Of a stretch of 64,000 nucleotides of DNA, positions 1 to 8,989 are shown piece after piece. Every line of letters starts with the position of its first letter. Position 1 is the first letter of the stretch. The translations under genes and the position numbers were made by a program. This stretch comes from an uncultured virus (IMG/VR IMGVR_UViG_3300005534_000002). Taxonomy: Duplodnaviria > Heunggongvirae > Uroviricota > Caudoviricetes. The notes beneath the pieces were generated by a model, which worked only from the letters and a program-made list of their open reading frames with translations, ran no database searches and had not been told where the DNA came from. The stretch is taken from the IMG/VR virus record IMGVR_UViG_3300005534_000002. One strand, 5' to 3'.

Positions 1-159
1 TCGCTCTGCCTTGAGTGCTTCGCTGCGCTACCCGACACAACCCAGCGGCTTGTCCTGGAAGGCATCGAGCTACTCGACAGGAAACGCACTGAAGCGACAA
101 ACACGCACATAAAGCTGCGAGAAGCTTACGCAGCGACCCACCGTCAAAGGAGCATGTAG
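1..159 (+). CDS. hypothetical protein, 5'-truncated by window edge
   Basis: Open frame from base 1 (SLCLECFAALPD...) to TAG at 157-159, abutting the next start. Confidence 0.5.
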   Translation, partial: SLCLECFAALPDTTQRLVLEGIELLDRKRTEATNTHIKLREAYAATHRQRSM

Positions 160-365
160 TGACCCAGCAAGTACGGTGCCTCGGCATGAAAAAGAACGCG
201 GACGGGTCGCAGACCCAATGCCGAACGATGATTGGCGCTCACTTCAAAGCCGGTCTATGCAACGGCTGCCATGCACGCCGGCGCAAGGATAACTGCGCAG
301 GACGCATGGCGATCATCCTTCCAACAAAAACTACTTTGCCCTACAAAGACCACTGGAGGCGATGA
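159..365 (+). CDS. small Cys-rich hypothetical protein
   Basis: AGGAG upstream; C..C..CxxC pattern; ATGA-type overlap with next gene. Confidence 0.55.
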   Translation: MTQQVRCLGMKKNADGSQTQCRTMIGAHFKAGLCNGCHARRRKDNCAGRMAIILPTKTTLPYKDHWRR

Positions 366-940
366 TGGAGCCGATAGACTTGTCCGCGACCAAGACGGGT
401 CAGCTTACGCTCGAACACCTCACGTTCGCCGCGCGAAAGATACTCACCGACTACGATCTAGCTATCGCCCCTGAAGTCGAGATGATGTACGACCACGCGA
501 TGATGGCGTCGATCATGGAGATCAGAGCCAAGGTCATCGCGGCCAGGAGCGACGAGGGACCGTACGAGGTCGAAAACAAGCAGGAGACATGGGTGACAGT
601 CCCGCTCAGGCCAGTCCGCGACGGGCTTCTCATGGCTGCGCGCGACTGGCTTTTTGCTCGTTCCGGTCACACGAGAACATGGAGGGTGAACACGCTCAAC
701 TTTCGCGTCAGGCGCAGAGTCTACATGCTAGGGCAGTGGTTGGATAGCAAGGTGCAGACACGGCGCATCGTCACTCGCCGCGTCGTGACGATGAAGCACG
801 TCCACTACTACGGCTGCCCGCACATCAACATCCAGAGCAAGAATCACGAGATTCATCTCTTCTGGATGGGACGCATGAGCAAGCAGATTCCCGATGGCAT
901 AGTTCCTGCCGATAACCTACCGGCATGGGAGGGAGTGTGA
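362..940 (+). CDS. hypothetical protein
   Basis: 192-aa ORF, GGAGG upstream, tightly packed with neighbours. Confidence 0.7.
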   Translation: MMEPIDLSATKTGQLTLEHLTFAARKILTDYDLAIAPEVEMMYDHAMMASIMEIRAKVIAARSDEGPYEVENKQETWVTVPLRPVRDGLLMAARDWLFARSGHTRTWRVNTLNFRVRRRVYMLGQWLDSKVQTRRIVTRRVVTMKHVHYYGCPHINIQSKNHEIHLFWMGRMSKQIPDGIVPADNLPAWEGV

Positions 941-941
941 G

Positions 942-1226
942 ATGGCAACGAACACCTACGTGGTAGAGATCGAACTGAAAGGCCACGACACGCCTGAGTA
1001 CGTCGTGTGCTACGGCTTGAAACTGCCGTCCGACACCGAGCACGAGGCAAAGCGGCAGGCCGTCGCTGAAGTCACCAGCGTGGGCTACAAGCCTACGGGC
1101 CGGAACCGTGTCCTGGTTCTGCGGGAGACGGACCCGCCCAAGATGCGCCTGGAAAGTCTCAGGCAATTCGTTGGCCCGAAGATGGCCTTTGTTGTTCCGA
1201 CGCTCGCAGAATGGACAACAACGTGA
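942..1226 (+). CDS. hypothetical protein
   Basis: 94-aa ORF, GGAG upstream, operon packing. Confidence 0.65.
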   Translation: MATNTYVVEIELKGHDTPEYVVCYGLKLPSDTEHEAKRQAVAEVTSVGYKPTGRNRVLVLRETDPPKMRLESLRQFVGPKMAFVVPTLAEWTTT

Positions 1227-1417
1227 CGACTTCGTTCGAGATGGAGTTTGAGGTACAGGTCTTCAACGAAGACACGCAAGAGCGTGTCACTGGCTGTGTC
1301 CGGGCTAGCAACCCGGTCGTAGCCCAGCACAACATCCTGCATTGGGCCTACGTGGCTCTAGGTTGGAGCCGCTGCCGAACGCTGTCCTGGAAGGTCCCGA
1401 TGGAGTGCGCAGCATGA
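1211..1417 (+). CDS. hypothetical protein
   Basis: 68-aa ORF overlapping both neighbours (alternative GTG start 1223). Confidence 0.55.
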   Translation: MDNNVTTSFEMEFEVQVFNEDTQERVTGCVRASNPVVAQHNILHWAYVALGWSRCRTLSWKVPMECAA

Positions 1418-1584
1418 TCGGCAAGCCGAACGACAAACGACCAAGGTGCTCAGGCTGCGGCCATCCTGCGTCTCTTGTGAGGTTGGTGAGCATCGACGGC
1501 GTGTGCTTCAAGCAGTACCTGAAGTGCAACCAGTGTGGTGGGCGCAAAGAGCTTCCGAGTGATACCGATGGGCGACGAGACTGA
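1414..1584 (+). CDS. zinc-ribbon protein
   Basis: CSGC...CNQC; ATG at 1414 overlaps previous stop (ATGA). Confidence 0.6.
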   Translation: MIGKPNDKRPRCSGCGHPASLVRLVSIDGVCFKQYLKCNQCGGRKELPSDTDGRRD

Positions 1585-1753
1585 CGCCAGAGTCGCGGAT
1601 GACGGTACGCCTTACGTCGCCCACAAAGGACATCCCGTTTGCTACATCAACGAGCACGTGTGGCTCTGGAAGCACACGGACGACGCCGTGCTCTGTGTAA
1701 TCTGTCACCCTCCCGTCAACCAGGAGATACTACATGCTGACTCGCAGTTCTGA
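1568..1753 (+). CDS. hypothetical protein
   Basis: MGDETDARV...CVICHPP; fills gap in the operon. Confidence 0.5.
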   Translation: MGDETDARVADDGTPYVAHKGHPVCYINEHVWLWKHTDDAVLCVICHPPVNQEILHADSQF

Positions 1754-1997
1754 TAAGACGCTCGTGATCGAAGAGCCTAACCTGACCGCCGACCTTCGTG
1801 CCGCGATCATCGCGATCGGACGACATCGCGGACGACCGACCACAGCCATCGTTTCGGGTAAACGTGTCAACGACTTCCTGCGGACGAACAACATCAACCC
1901 GAGCGATCTTCAGCGGCTAAACATCAACCCGCACACCGGCACGGTCGTCGTTGAACTGAAGAACGGCGAGACTAGGACGATCACCGTGCGGGACTAG
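1734..1997 (+). CDS. hypothetical protein
   Basis: AGGAG upstream; 87 aa; last gene of the plus block, converges on the late operon. Confidence 0.6.
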   Translation: MLTRSSDKTLVIEEPNLTADLRAAIIAIGRHRGRPTTAIVSGKRVNDFLRTNNINPSDLQRLNINPHTGTVVVELKNGETRTITVRD

Positions 1998-2248
1998 CTC
2001 GCCTCTCTCAGCACTTCGTTGTTCCATCCGATAACTGCTTCGCGCTTGGCCCTGGTGGTTCGCTGCCGGGCCTTGCGCTCTTTTTCTGCCGCAAGACCGG
2101 GATGCTTGATGTCGAAGTCGGCGCACAGCGTCTTGAACCAGTGCTCACCGTCTCGCTGAACCCGCCTCTGGCAGCATGTGTCGCACACCATAGTCACGAT
2201 CGGGCCGTGGCCGCAGTCGATACAGCCACGTCGCGTGTCGATTATCAT
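1994..2248 (-). CDS. Cys-rich hypothetical protein
   Basis: MIIDTRRGCIDC...CDTCC; last gene of the minus block. Confidence 0.5.
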   Translation of the reverse strand: MIIDTRRGCIDCGHGPIVTMVCDTCCQRRVQRDGEHWFKTLCADFDIKHPGLAAEKERKARQRTTRAKREAVIGWNNEVLREAS

Positions 2249-2295
2249 AGAGCGAGCCTCTTTCGTAGTCCTGCCCCCAGGCTGCGTCGGGGCTC

Positions 2296-2622
2296 TTATA
2301 TTACCCCGAACGCCCTTGCGAAGAGATGCGACACCAGAGGGCCAAGGGCTGCGCCAATCGTAACGCCGGCAGCGCCAGTCGCGCAACTCATGAGCAGCGC
2401 GTGGCGCAACTCGACAAGCATCCCCTGAGCGTCCTTCGCGTTCTCGGCGTGCTTCTCGGCCCAGCTTGCCGCATCGGCAGAGATAGCGGCTCGTGCTTCA
2501 AGTGCTGCGACTCGCGCGGTAAGCGATCTGTTCTCTGCCGTCAGGTCAGCCTCAGTCTGCGAGAGCACGCCGACTTCATGGAACAGTTCGCCCGTCAGCG
2601 GTGGTTGGTCTAGCGCGCCCAT
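2296..2622 (-). CDS. holin-like / XhlA-like membrane protein (coiled coil + C-terminal TM)
   Basis: 108 aa, heptad region followed by hydrophobic GAAGVTIGAALGPLVSHLF; lysis-position context. Confidence 0.5.
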   Translation of the reverse strand: MGALDQPPLTGELFHEVGVLSQTEADLTAENRSLTARVAALEARAAISADAASWAEKHAENAKDAQGMLVELRHALLMSCATGAAGVTIGAALGPLVSHLFARAFGVI

Positions 2623-3770
2623 CGGTGGAGTAACCACTTGTGAGGCTCGCCCTTGAAGCGCGGCCAGTAGATTAAGTCGTAGCCCTGGTAGAAGTCTTCC
2701 TCGAAGCCCTTGAGTCCGTGACGCCCGCGCGGGAACCACTGCTCTGCCTTCAAAATGCCCCCTGTGTGGGCCGGTGTGTGCTTGACCCAATACCGGGCGG
2801 CAGGAGTCAAGCTAGACCCCTTTTTGAAGCTAATTAAGGGCTTGTGGTGCTCGGCGCGGTACTGATTCCAGATGCGCTGGTTGACCTTCGACATGAGCGG
2901 TGGCTTCGGCTGCATGTTCGGCACGAATCCGATCGAGTCGCCGTTATTCCAGGCAGCTAGGAAGTCCCAGGTTATGTGGACGTATCCCGGAGGGCCGTAG
3001 TGGTTGAGGAGCCACAGGCCGCTGGAGTCGTAGCCGACTGCTGTCATCGAGTGATCGAAGACAAAGTAGTCGCCCGCGCCGCCCTGACCTGACACGTATA
3101 CGGTCTGGCCGCTGTTTAGCTGCGCGAGGAACGAAGCGTATATGTGTAGCGCCACGCCGAACGGGTGGCCGTGAGCTAGCTCGTACTCCATCGTGCCGAT
3201 GTCCGTTGTACCGATCGAGAACCAGCTTTTCATGCGGTAGCGCGCCGCGACCTGTCTCGCCAGTGGCCCCGGCTGTGCCCAGACATCGCCTACGCCGTCG
3301 TAGCCGAAGACCGAGAGAGGCGCGTCGCCGTCCTGTGTGAGTGCGTACCCAAGGGCGGGGTAGGTCATGCCGTCATCGAGGTTCTGATACTTGTACTGGT
3401 TGTAGATGTAGCCGGCGCTCATTGGAATGTGGATGCCCTGTTCGGCAAGCGTGATCTCTTCGATCTCGGAGCCGGTCTGAGCCACGCACGAGTTTGAGCC
3501 GTCCTGCTGATGGATGCGAATGACAAAGCGGAACAGGTTGTACGACGACGGCAGCGCACCACGCATGACCCGCACAGGGGGCGGCAGATGCTTCTTGATG
3601 AAACCGCCCTGACGGTCGCTCGCGATCTTGTACGTGACTGTCCCGCCGATCCCCGCACCGAGTATGAAGATCAAGACAGCGACGATCGCGATGGTGATAA
3701 CACCGTGGTAGTGACGCCCCTGTAGTCCGCCAGGTCGCCACGGTGCTAGAAAGTCGTAGAGCCGTTTCAT
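2610..3770 (-). CDS. papain-like (C1 family) cysteine peptidase with N-terminal TM anchor; candidate endolysin
   Basis: QQDGSNSCVAQ (oxyanion Q + catalytic C), DHSMTAVGYD (catalytic H), LLNHYG (NSWG-equivalent); hydrophobic N-terminal segment. Confidence 0.8.
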   Translation of the reverse strand: MKRLYDFLAPWRPGGLQGRHYHGVITIAIVAVLIFILGAGIGGTVTYKIASDRQGGFIKKHLPPPVRVMRGALPSSYNLFRFVIRIHQQDGSNSCVAQTGSEIEEITLAEQGIHIPMSAGYIYNQYKYQNLDDGMTYPALGYALTQDGDAPLSVFGYDGVGDVWAQPGPLARQVAARYRMKSWFSIGTTDIGTMEYELAHGHPFGVALHIYASFLAQLNSGQTVYVSGQGGAGDYFVFDHSMTAVGYDSSGLWLLNHYGPPGYVHITWDFLAAWNNGDSIGFVPNMQPKPPLMSKVNQRIWNQYRAEHHKPLISFKKGSSLTPAARYWVKHTPAHTGGILKAEQWFPRGRHGLKGFEEDFYQGYDLIYWPRFKGEPHKWLLHRWAR

Positions 3771-4801
3771 AGTGCCTCCAGGTTCGAGTGTCGCTTGGTT
3801 TGTAGCGCCCAATCCCTGAGCGCCGCGCCGGCGTCGAGGTAGCCGTGGCCGTATAGGAGCCTACGCAGTTTCGCATACGCCTTACCGCGAATCGTTTTGT
3901 CTAAGGGCGGCGATGCGGTCTTTAGAATCTCAGCTACCGCCTGAGTCGCGCTTGCGCCCTGCGCTCTGAGTAGGGCGATGGTGCCGGCGACGAGTGGTGC
4001 GCCGAACGACGTTCCGTCGCCCATGCCAATCTGCGATCCCCAATGACCGACGATTCCGACGCCCGGAGCACTCACCGTGTTTGGCGTCTGCCCGTAGTCT
4101 GAGAACTTCGCCACGAAGCCGTCCGGGCTAATGGCGTTCACGGTGATGGCGCACGGCGACTGGACCGACGCCGGATCGTTTCGATTCTGCCCACCCGAGT
4201 TTCCTGCGGCGATGGTGAAGTCCACGCCGTTTTGACAGCCGAGGTCCACGAGCGATTGAAACGCTGAGTGCTCGCTTAGATCGGACCCCCCGAAGCTCAT
4301 GTTCACAACGTCAGCGCCGTGCGTGATGCAGTAGATGATACCGGCTGAGATAGAGAGAAAGTCGCCGCCTTTTGGCCCTAGAGACTTCACGATGATGAGA
4401 CTGGCTTTCGGCGCGACCGCGTCGAGCACTGACCCGTTGCCGGCTATTTGGCTCGCGGTAAACGTGCCGTGACCCACGTCGTCCTGCCACGTATCAGGAG
4501 ATGTCTGGTCGGTGGTATTGATCGAGTCGATGACAGCGGCGGTTGTATCCGTGACGCTTGGGTCTATCCCGCTATCCACGTCGCAGGCGACAGCACCCTC
4601 CCCCTGATTCGGTGCGTACTGCCATGCGGTCGGCAGGAAGATGAAGGCATGGTCCCATTGGAGTGACTTCAGGTCGGTGCCCGCCGCCACGTGGAGGATG
4701 CGGACGGGTTTTGCCGCAAGTGTGACGCTCTGCGACAGGCGTGCAAACACGCACGAAGAGAACAGCACAGCGAGGGCGATTAAGGCAGAAATGATTTTCA
4801 T
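3767..4801 (-). CDS. subtilisin-like S8 serine peptidase with signal peptide
   Basis: Catalytic motifs VDSGID, GHGTFTA, AAGNSG, GTSFGAPLVAG; MKIISALIALAVLF signal. Confidence 0.92.
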   Translation of the reverse strand: MKIISALIALAVLFSSCVFARLSQSVTLAAKPVRILHVAAGTDLKSLQWDHAFIFLPTAWQYAPNQGEGAVACDVDSGIDPSVTDTTAAVIDSINTTDQTSPDTWQDDVGHGTFTASQIAGNGSVLDAVAPKASLIIVKSLGPKGGDFLSISAGIIYCITHGADVVNMSFGGSDLSEHSAFQSLVDLGCQNGVDFTIAAGNSGGQNRNDPASVQSPCAITVNAISPDGFVAKFSDYGQTPNTVSAPGVGIVGHWGSQIGMGDGTSFGAPLVAGTIALLRAQGASATQAVAEILKTASPPLDKTIRGKAYAKLRRLLYGHGYLDAGAALRDWALQTKRHSNLEAL

Positions 4802-4956
4802 TTGCTGCCCTTTTCGTACTCATTCGCGAATGGCGACCCCTTGCCGCAGACGCGGCAGGCAGTGTACCACCAGTGGGCGTTGTGACGCTCAGTGACGTAC
4901 AGATCGACGGGATGGAATCCGATGAGGCAGCGCAGATGATCGAAGAGATGCCGCAT
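4798..4956 (-). CDS. small DUF1660-like Cys/His protein
   Basis: LRCLIGFH...CRVCGK pattern. Confidence 0.55.
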   Translation of the reverse strand: MRHLFDHLRCLIGFHPVDLYVTERHNAHWWYTACRVCGKGSPFANEYEKGSK

Positions 4957-4960
4957 GGTG

Positions 4961-5350
4961 TCAGCCCTCCTGGGGCGCGAGTGCCTTGTCAATTGCCGAG
5001 ACGAGATGGAGCGCAAGTACGCCGTCAGGCTTGTTTAGAACGTCTGCGAACAGCCCTGACTCACGAGCTTGTTCGGCCATCATTGGCGATGCCGTAATCG
5101 CGATCACCGGACACTTCATGCCTCGTTCCTTCAGCGTCCTGGTTAGCTCGATCCCGGACGGCTCGTTCATGAGCATCAGGTCCATGATGAAGATGCCAGG
5201 CATCCCACGGAACCGCAAACGGTTTGGCTGTAGCATCCCCGACGTGCCGACTACCGGGTAGCCTAACATCTCCAGCGAGTCACAGAGCGCGTCGAGAAGT
5301 GCCTCGTCATCCTCATGGATGAAGACTGTTGGTTTCTGCTGGCCGTCCAT
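4961..5350 (-). CDS. stand-alone response regulator receiver (CheY-like) domain protein
   Basis: VFIHEDD acidic pocket, IFIMDLML phospho-acceptor, SGIEL, VIAITA, LNKP. Confidence 0.88.
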   Translation of the reverse strand: MDGQQKPTVFIHEDDEALLDALCDSLEMLGYPVVGTSGMLQPNRLRFRGMPGIFIMDLMLMNEPSGIELTRTLKERGMKCPVIAITASPMMAEQARESGLFADVLNKPDGVLALHLVSAIDKALAPQEG

Positions 5351-5745
5351 TACAGAACACCGTGCGCCTGGAGCAGTGCCACAACGAGAATCCCGAAGAC
5401 GCCGATTATCGCGCCGGCGATCGTGGACCTCACGATTGGCGACTGCCCATCGCGCGTCTTCTCGGCCTCGATGGTGTCGTCTTCTTGGCGAATCCATGTC
5501 CTGACGCGGACACGCTCGGATTCATCAAGCCCTTTGTTCAGCTTGGCGACGATCTCATCGAAGAGATGCGCCGCTGCGTCGTGCCCCTTCTCTAGAGCGG
5601 CAATCCGAGACAGCATCGCCTCACGGACTGCCTTCTCCTCTTTCTGGGCCTCCAGGAAGCTCTCGAACTGCGTGTTGAGCGTGATGAGTAGATCGTGGTC
5701 ATCAAGCTTCGAGTAGCCGTTTGCGCCGACATGGGTCGGGGGCAT
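5350..5745 (-). CDS. holin-like / XhlA-like protein (coiled coil + C-terminal TM)
   Basis: 131 aa, coiled coil, C-terminal IAGAIIGVFGILVVALL; AGGAG upstream. Confidence 0.55.
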   Translation of the reverse strand: MPPTHVGANGYSKLDDHDLLITLNTQFESFLEAQKEEKAVREAMLSRIAALEKGHDAAAHLFDEIVAKLNKGLDESERVRVRTWIRQEDDTIEAEKTRDGQSPIVRSTIAGAIIGVFGILVVALLQAHGVL

Positions 5746-5766
5746 TGCGGGTCACTCCTGTAGCCT

Positions 5767-6210
5767 CTAGCCGTTGGTCGGCGCAGGGGCGCTAGGAGCA
5801 TCGACAACACCTGCGATCTCTGCGGTCTTTTCGGCCAGTTCTCGCGCCAGTTCGGCGGCGTGGTTCTCGACCGTGTTGTAGTTTTCCCGGAGCGTGTCCA
5901 GTTGGGACTGTAGGTCGTGAAGGAGCGTGTCCTTGTTGGTCACGTCCTGAACTGCTCGCTCAAGCTGTGCCTTGAGCGATGCGATCTGCGAGTCCTTGCC
6001 GGTGAGGTGGTCGCGAGCTTCGGACAGCGCGCCCTCGATGTTGCGGGTGTGCGCGAGCAGATCGGTGAACGCCTGCTTGAAGCGGGTGACTTCACGGAGG
6101 AGCGAACCGAGGTGAGCGTCCAGTTCGGACAACTTCGGTGGCTCGTTGAGGCTGTCTGCGATACCCTGCACCACCGACGATGGAGCGATTGACGTCTGCT
6201 GCTCAGTCAT
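5767..6210 (-). CDS. coiled-coil protein (possible fibre chaperone or lysis accessory)
   Basis: 147 aa, continuous heptad pattern, directly after the tail fibre gene. Confidence 0.6.
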   Translation of the reverse strand: MTEQQTSIAPSSVVQGIADSLNEPPKLSELDAHLGSLLREVTRFKQAFTDLLAHTRNIEGALSEARDHLTGKDSQIASLKAQLERAVQDVTNKDTLLHDLQSQLDTLRENYNTVENHAAELARELAEKTAEIAGVVDAPSAPAPTNG

Positions 6211-6257
6211 TGAAAACCCCCTTTACCTACTCTTATGGTAGCAGGACACCAGGGGAT

Positions 6258-8978
6258 TTAGTACACGCGGACGTCGCTGATCCAGCTTTTCGGTGTGGAA
6301 GCCGCTCCGACCGACGCGCCGGCGCGGAGCGGAGTGGTAGAAGAGCTACTTGTGCCTGGCGTGATGTTCGTCCAGGAGGTTCCGCCGATGGGAGGATACT
6401 CTGGCCCGCCCTGAATCTCGTAGGTACAACTGGACGCTCCGAGAGTGAAGCGCAAGCGATAGATGGCACCCTGCGTGAATCCGCTCCCGACAGCGCCACG
6501 CGCCGTGCCGTTCTCGTAGGCTTGAAGCTGCGACCCACCGGACCCGTTGTTGCCAAAGTTGATGCCGTGAGCGAAGTTGGTGTAAGAGACACCAAGCGCG
6601 TCCATCCAGCCCACCATGACCTGATTCGTCCCTTGCGATGCTGCCTGTGGCACATAGACGTCTACGAGCATCTTCTTCCCGGAAGAGTGCGCCCACGACG
6701 ACTGCGTGTATAGCCCATTCGCTCCCCACGTGCTGTTACCAACAAGGTTTAGCCACTGGAAATTGGTGTCGATCTCCACGTTGCCGGCAGTGCTCTGGAC
6801 GCGCGTCCACTTGGTCGTCGTGTCGAGAGTCGCGCCCATGAAGTCGTCGCGGAAGCTGTATGGGGCCAGCGGATCGGTGACAGCGGACCACGTGCTTGGG
6901 AGGATGATGTACGACACGCCGGCGAGATTGCCCGCCGCCCCTGTGAAGGAGCTTTGCAACCCGCCAGCGAAGTTCTTGTTGATTGGGAACCTCATTTGAT
7001 GAGCGAATCGCTGCGTCGTGGTGTCGGCTACCTCGTCGTAGAGGTTGAGGCCGAATGGCGACAGGATGATCCACGCGAAGTCGAAACAGGTTGCTCCGGT
7101 AATGATCGAACCGTACGGACCCGGCAGTAGCGGGACAATCGTGGATGTCGTGGAGATGTACACATACTTCGTTGCGCTCGTCGCAATCTGATCGAGTCGC
7201 GAGTAGTAGGTGCTCATGGCATCCGCGTACGTCGGCTTCGTCGGGTCCAAGAACACCGCGATAGCCTGAGAGGCAAGTCCGTTCACGGTCACGCCTCTCA
7301 ACGGTATTGGCTGGCGAACGTCCCGAAGCTCGAAGCGACCATTACTCGCGATCGACGCATCCCAAGCTGCTAGGAGAAACTTGGTTGCGCTGCCGCTGAT
7401 GGTATAGGTAAACGTCCCGTACTGTACCGGCTCTATAGCGTCGGGCTCTAGCAGAGCGGCCAACTTCGTCCAGTAGGCCAGTTCGGTGGACAGCGGCAGA
7501 CTGGCGTTAGCGTTGTTCCACTTTGACGTGCCAGTGTTGTACATCGGCACCTGACCGTTTTGCAGTCCCGAGAGCGCCACGTCGGTCAGTGCTGCGTACG
7601 TTCCTGGCGCAAGCTGCCCGTTCAGTGTGATCGAGGTGATGCCGATGTACCCCACTGAGTAGCTAATGGACACCGTGCCGCCCATGTAGAGCGAAAACTC
7701 GATGTAGTCGCCGGCGTTCAGGTGCCCGGTCCAACTAAGGCTCTTGTACGTTTGTGTGGACGAGTTAAAGAAACTGTCTAGGATGTCGAGCGTCGTGCCA
7801 CCGTTCTTGAGCATCCTGAAGTAGTTGGTCGTCGTGTTATCGCCAATGCCAGGCAGCAAGCCGCACGTGATGGTGTAGATGCCGGCCACATCGAAGTCGA
7901 TTCGGCTGGAGTGCGTGCCGTCGATGTGAATATGACCACTGCCGTCAGCGCCGGTGGCTGCGCCCGGAGAGATCGTGCTCCATGATGCGTAGAGCGTTCC
8001 GTTGTCGCCCGTCCCGGAGATGTTGTCCCAATAGGCGTACATCGTCGTGGCTTGCGTTTGGTAGGTAGGCTTCTGCCCTGCGCCGTTCGCAGTGAGCACC
8101 TGACCCGCTGTGCCGTCTGCGTAGTTCTTCCACTTGCCGGTGGCGCTTTCGTAGACGAGGATATCGCCGTTCGCCAGCGATGTCTCGACCACGTCTGTGA
8201 GGGTCGCCAGCGAGGTAGCAATTGCCTGCCAGGTGGGAAGCGTTGTGGGTCCGTTAGAGATGAGCGCGTAGCCCGATGTCCCGGCTGCGTAGTTCTTCCA
8301 CTTGCTCAGTGCGGCGTCATAGACGAGAATGTCGCCTTTCGCGATCGACGTGATCGTGACGTCAGAGAGGCCAGACAGCGCCTGCGCAATCGCCTGCCAG
8401 GTCGGGAGAGTACCGGCCCCGTTGGATATCAGAGCGTAGCCAGAGGTGCCTGCGGCGTAGTTCTTCCACTTCGAGATCGAACTATCATAGACGAGGATGT
8501 CGCCTTTCGCGAGGGATGTAAGCGTGACGTCAGTGTCGCCCGAGAGAGTGTTTGATCCGCTTGGTTTGTTCTTCCAGAGCGAGGTTGCGGTGTCGTAGGT
8601 GAGAACATCGCCGTTGTTCGGTGTGGTGATCGAGACATCCTGGTCGATCGTCAGCTTGGCTTGCGGGAACTGCACGAACTGGCCTAGCTCGTAGGCGGTA
8701 ACAACCTCGATGATCGGAGTCTGGTCAACGTGCGCGACAGGACTCGTGCCGTACTGCCCCCGAAGGACGCCGGTGTACGTTGGCCCGCCCGTATTGACGG
8801 CAGCAGGAACCGTTATGTACTCCTGCTCAATGATGATGTCGAAGGCTTTACCAGAAGGCGGCAAGACTGCTGCGCTCTGGACGGTGAGGGTCTGCGATCC
8901 CGAGCCGGACGGTAGACCGTTCGGTGGCATGTTAATCGTAGTGCGACCCTTGTTGGAAAACCCAACTATATCCGTCAT
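6258..8978 (-). CDS. tail fibre / receptor-binding protein
   Basis: 906 aa G/S/T-rich; tandem LxxLxDVxxxxxxxGDILVYD...KWKN repeats; C1q-like strand motif (GIYTIT...LNAGDYIEF); lectin-like C-terminus. Confidence 0.8.
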   Translation of the reverse strand: MTDIVGFSNKGRTTINMPPNGLPSGSGSQTLTVQSAAVLPPSGKAFDIIIEQEYITVPAAVNTGGPTYTGVLRGQYGTSPVAHVDQTPIIEVVTAYELGQFVQFPQAKLTIDQDVSITTPNNGDVLTYDTATSLWKNKPSGSNTLSGDTDVTLTSLAKGDILVYDSSISKWKNYAAGTSGYALISNGAGTLPTWQAIAQALSGLSDVTITSIAKGDILVYDAALSKWKNYAAGTSGYALISNGPTTLPTWQAIATSLATLTDVVETSLANGDILVYESATGKWKNYADGTAGQVLTANGAGQKPTYQTQATTMYAYWDNISGTGDNGTLYASWSTISPGAATGADGSGHIHIDGTHSSRIDFDVAGIYTITCGLLPGIGDNTTTNYFRMLKNGGTTLDILDSFFNSSTQTYKSLSWTGHLNAGDYIEFSLYMGGTVSISYSVGYIGITSITLNGQLAPGTYAALTDVALSGLQNGQVPMYNTGTSKWNNANASLPLSTELAYWTKLAALLEPDAIEPVQYGTFTYTISGSATKFLLAAWDASIASNGRFELRDVRQPIPLRGVTVNGLASQAIAVFLDPTKPTYADAMSTYYSRLDQIATSATKYVYISTTSTIVPLLPGPYGSIITGATCFDFAWIILSPFGLNLYDEVADTTTQRFAHQMRFPINKNFAGGLQSSFTGAAGNLAGVSYIILPSTWSAVTDPLAPYSFRDDFMGATLDTTTKWTRVQSTAGNVEIDTNFQWLNLVGNSTWGANGLYTQSSWAHSSGKKMLVDVYVPQAASQGTNQVMVGWMDALGVSYTNFAHGINFGNNGSGGSQLQAYENGTARGAVGSGFTQGAIYRLRFTLGASSCTYEIQGGPEYPPIGGTSWTNITPGTSSSSTTPLRAGASVGAASTPKSWISDVRVY
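8060..8640 (-). repeat. intragenic tandem repeat (~171-nt unit, about 3.5 copies) in the tail fibre
   Basis: GCGTAGTTCTTCCACTT recurs near 8119, 8288 and 8455; protein units DVxxTSxAKGDILVYD..SKWKNYAAGTSGYALISNG. Confidence 0.85.
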
Positions 8979-8989
8979 GTCATCGCCTC

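Noticed and set aside
6258..8978. Diversity-generating retroelement targeting the tail fibre
   Set aside because: No reverse transcriptase or adenine-variable template repeat seen; the repeats are ordinary in-frame structural repeats
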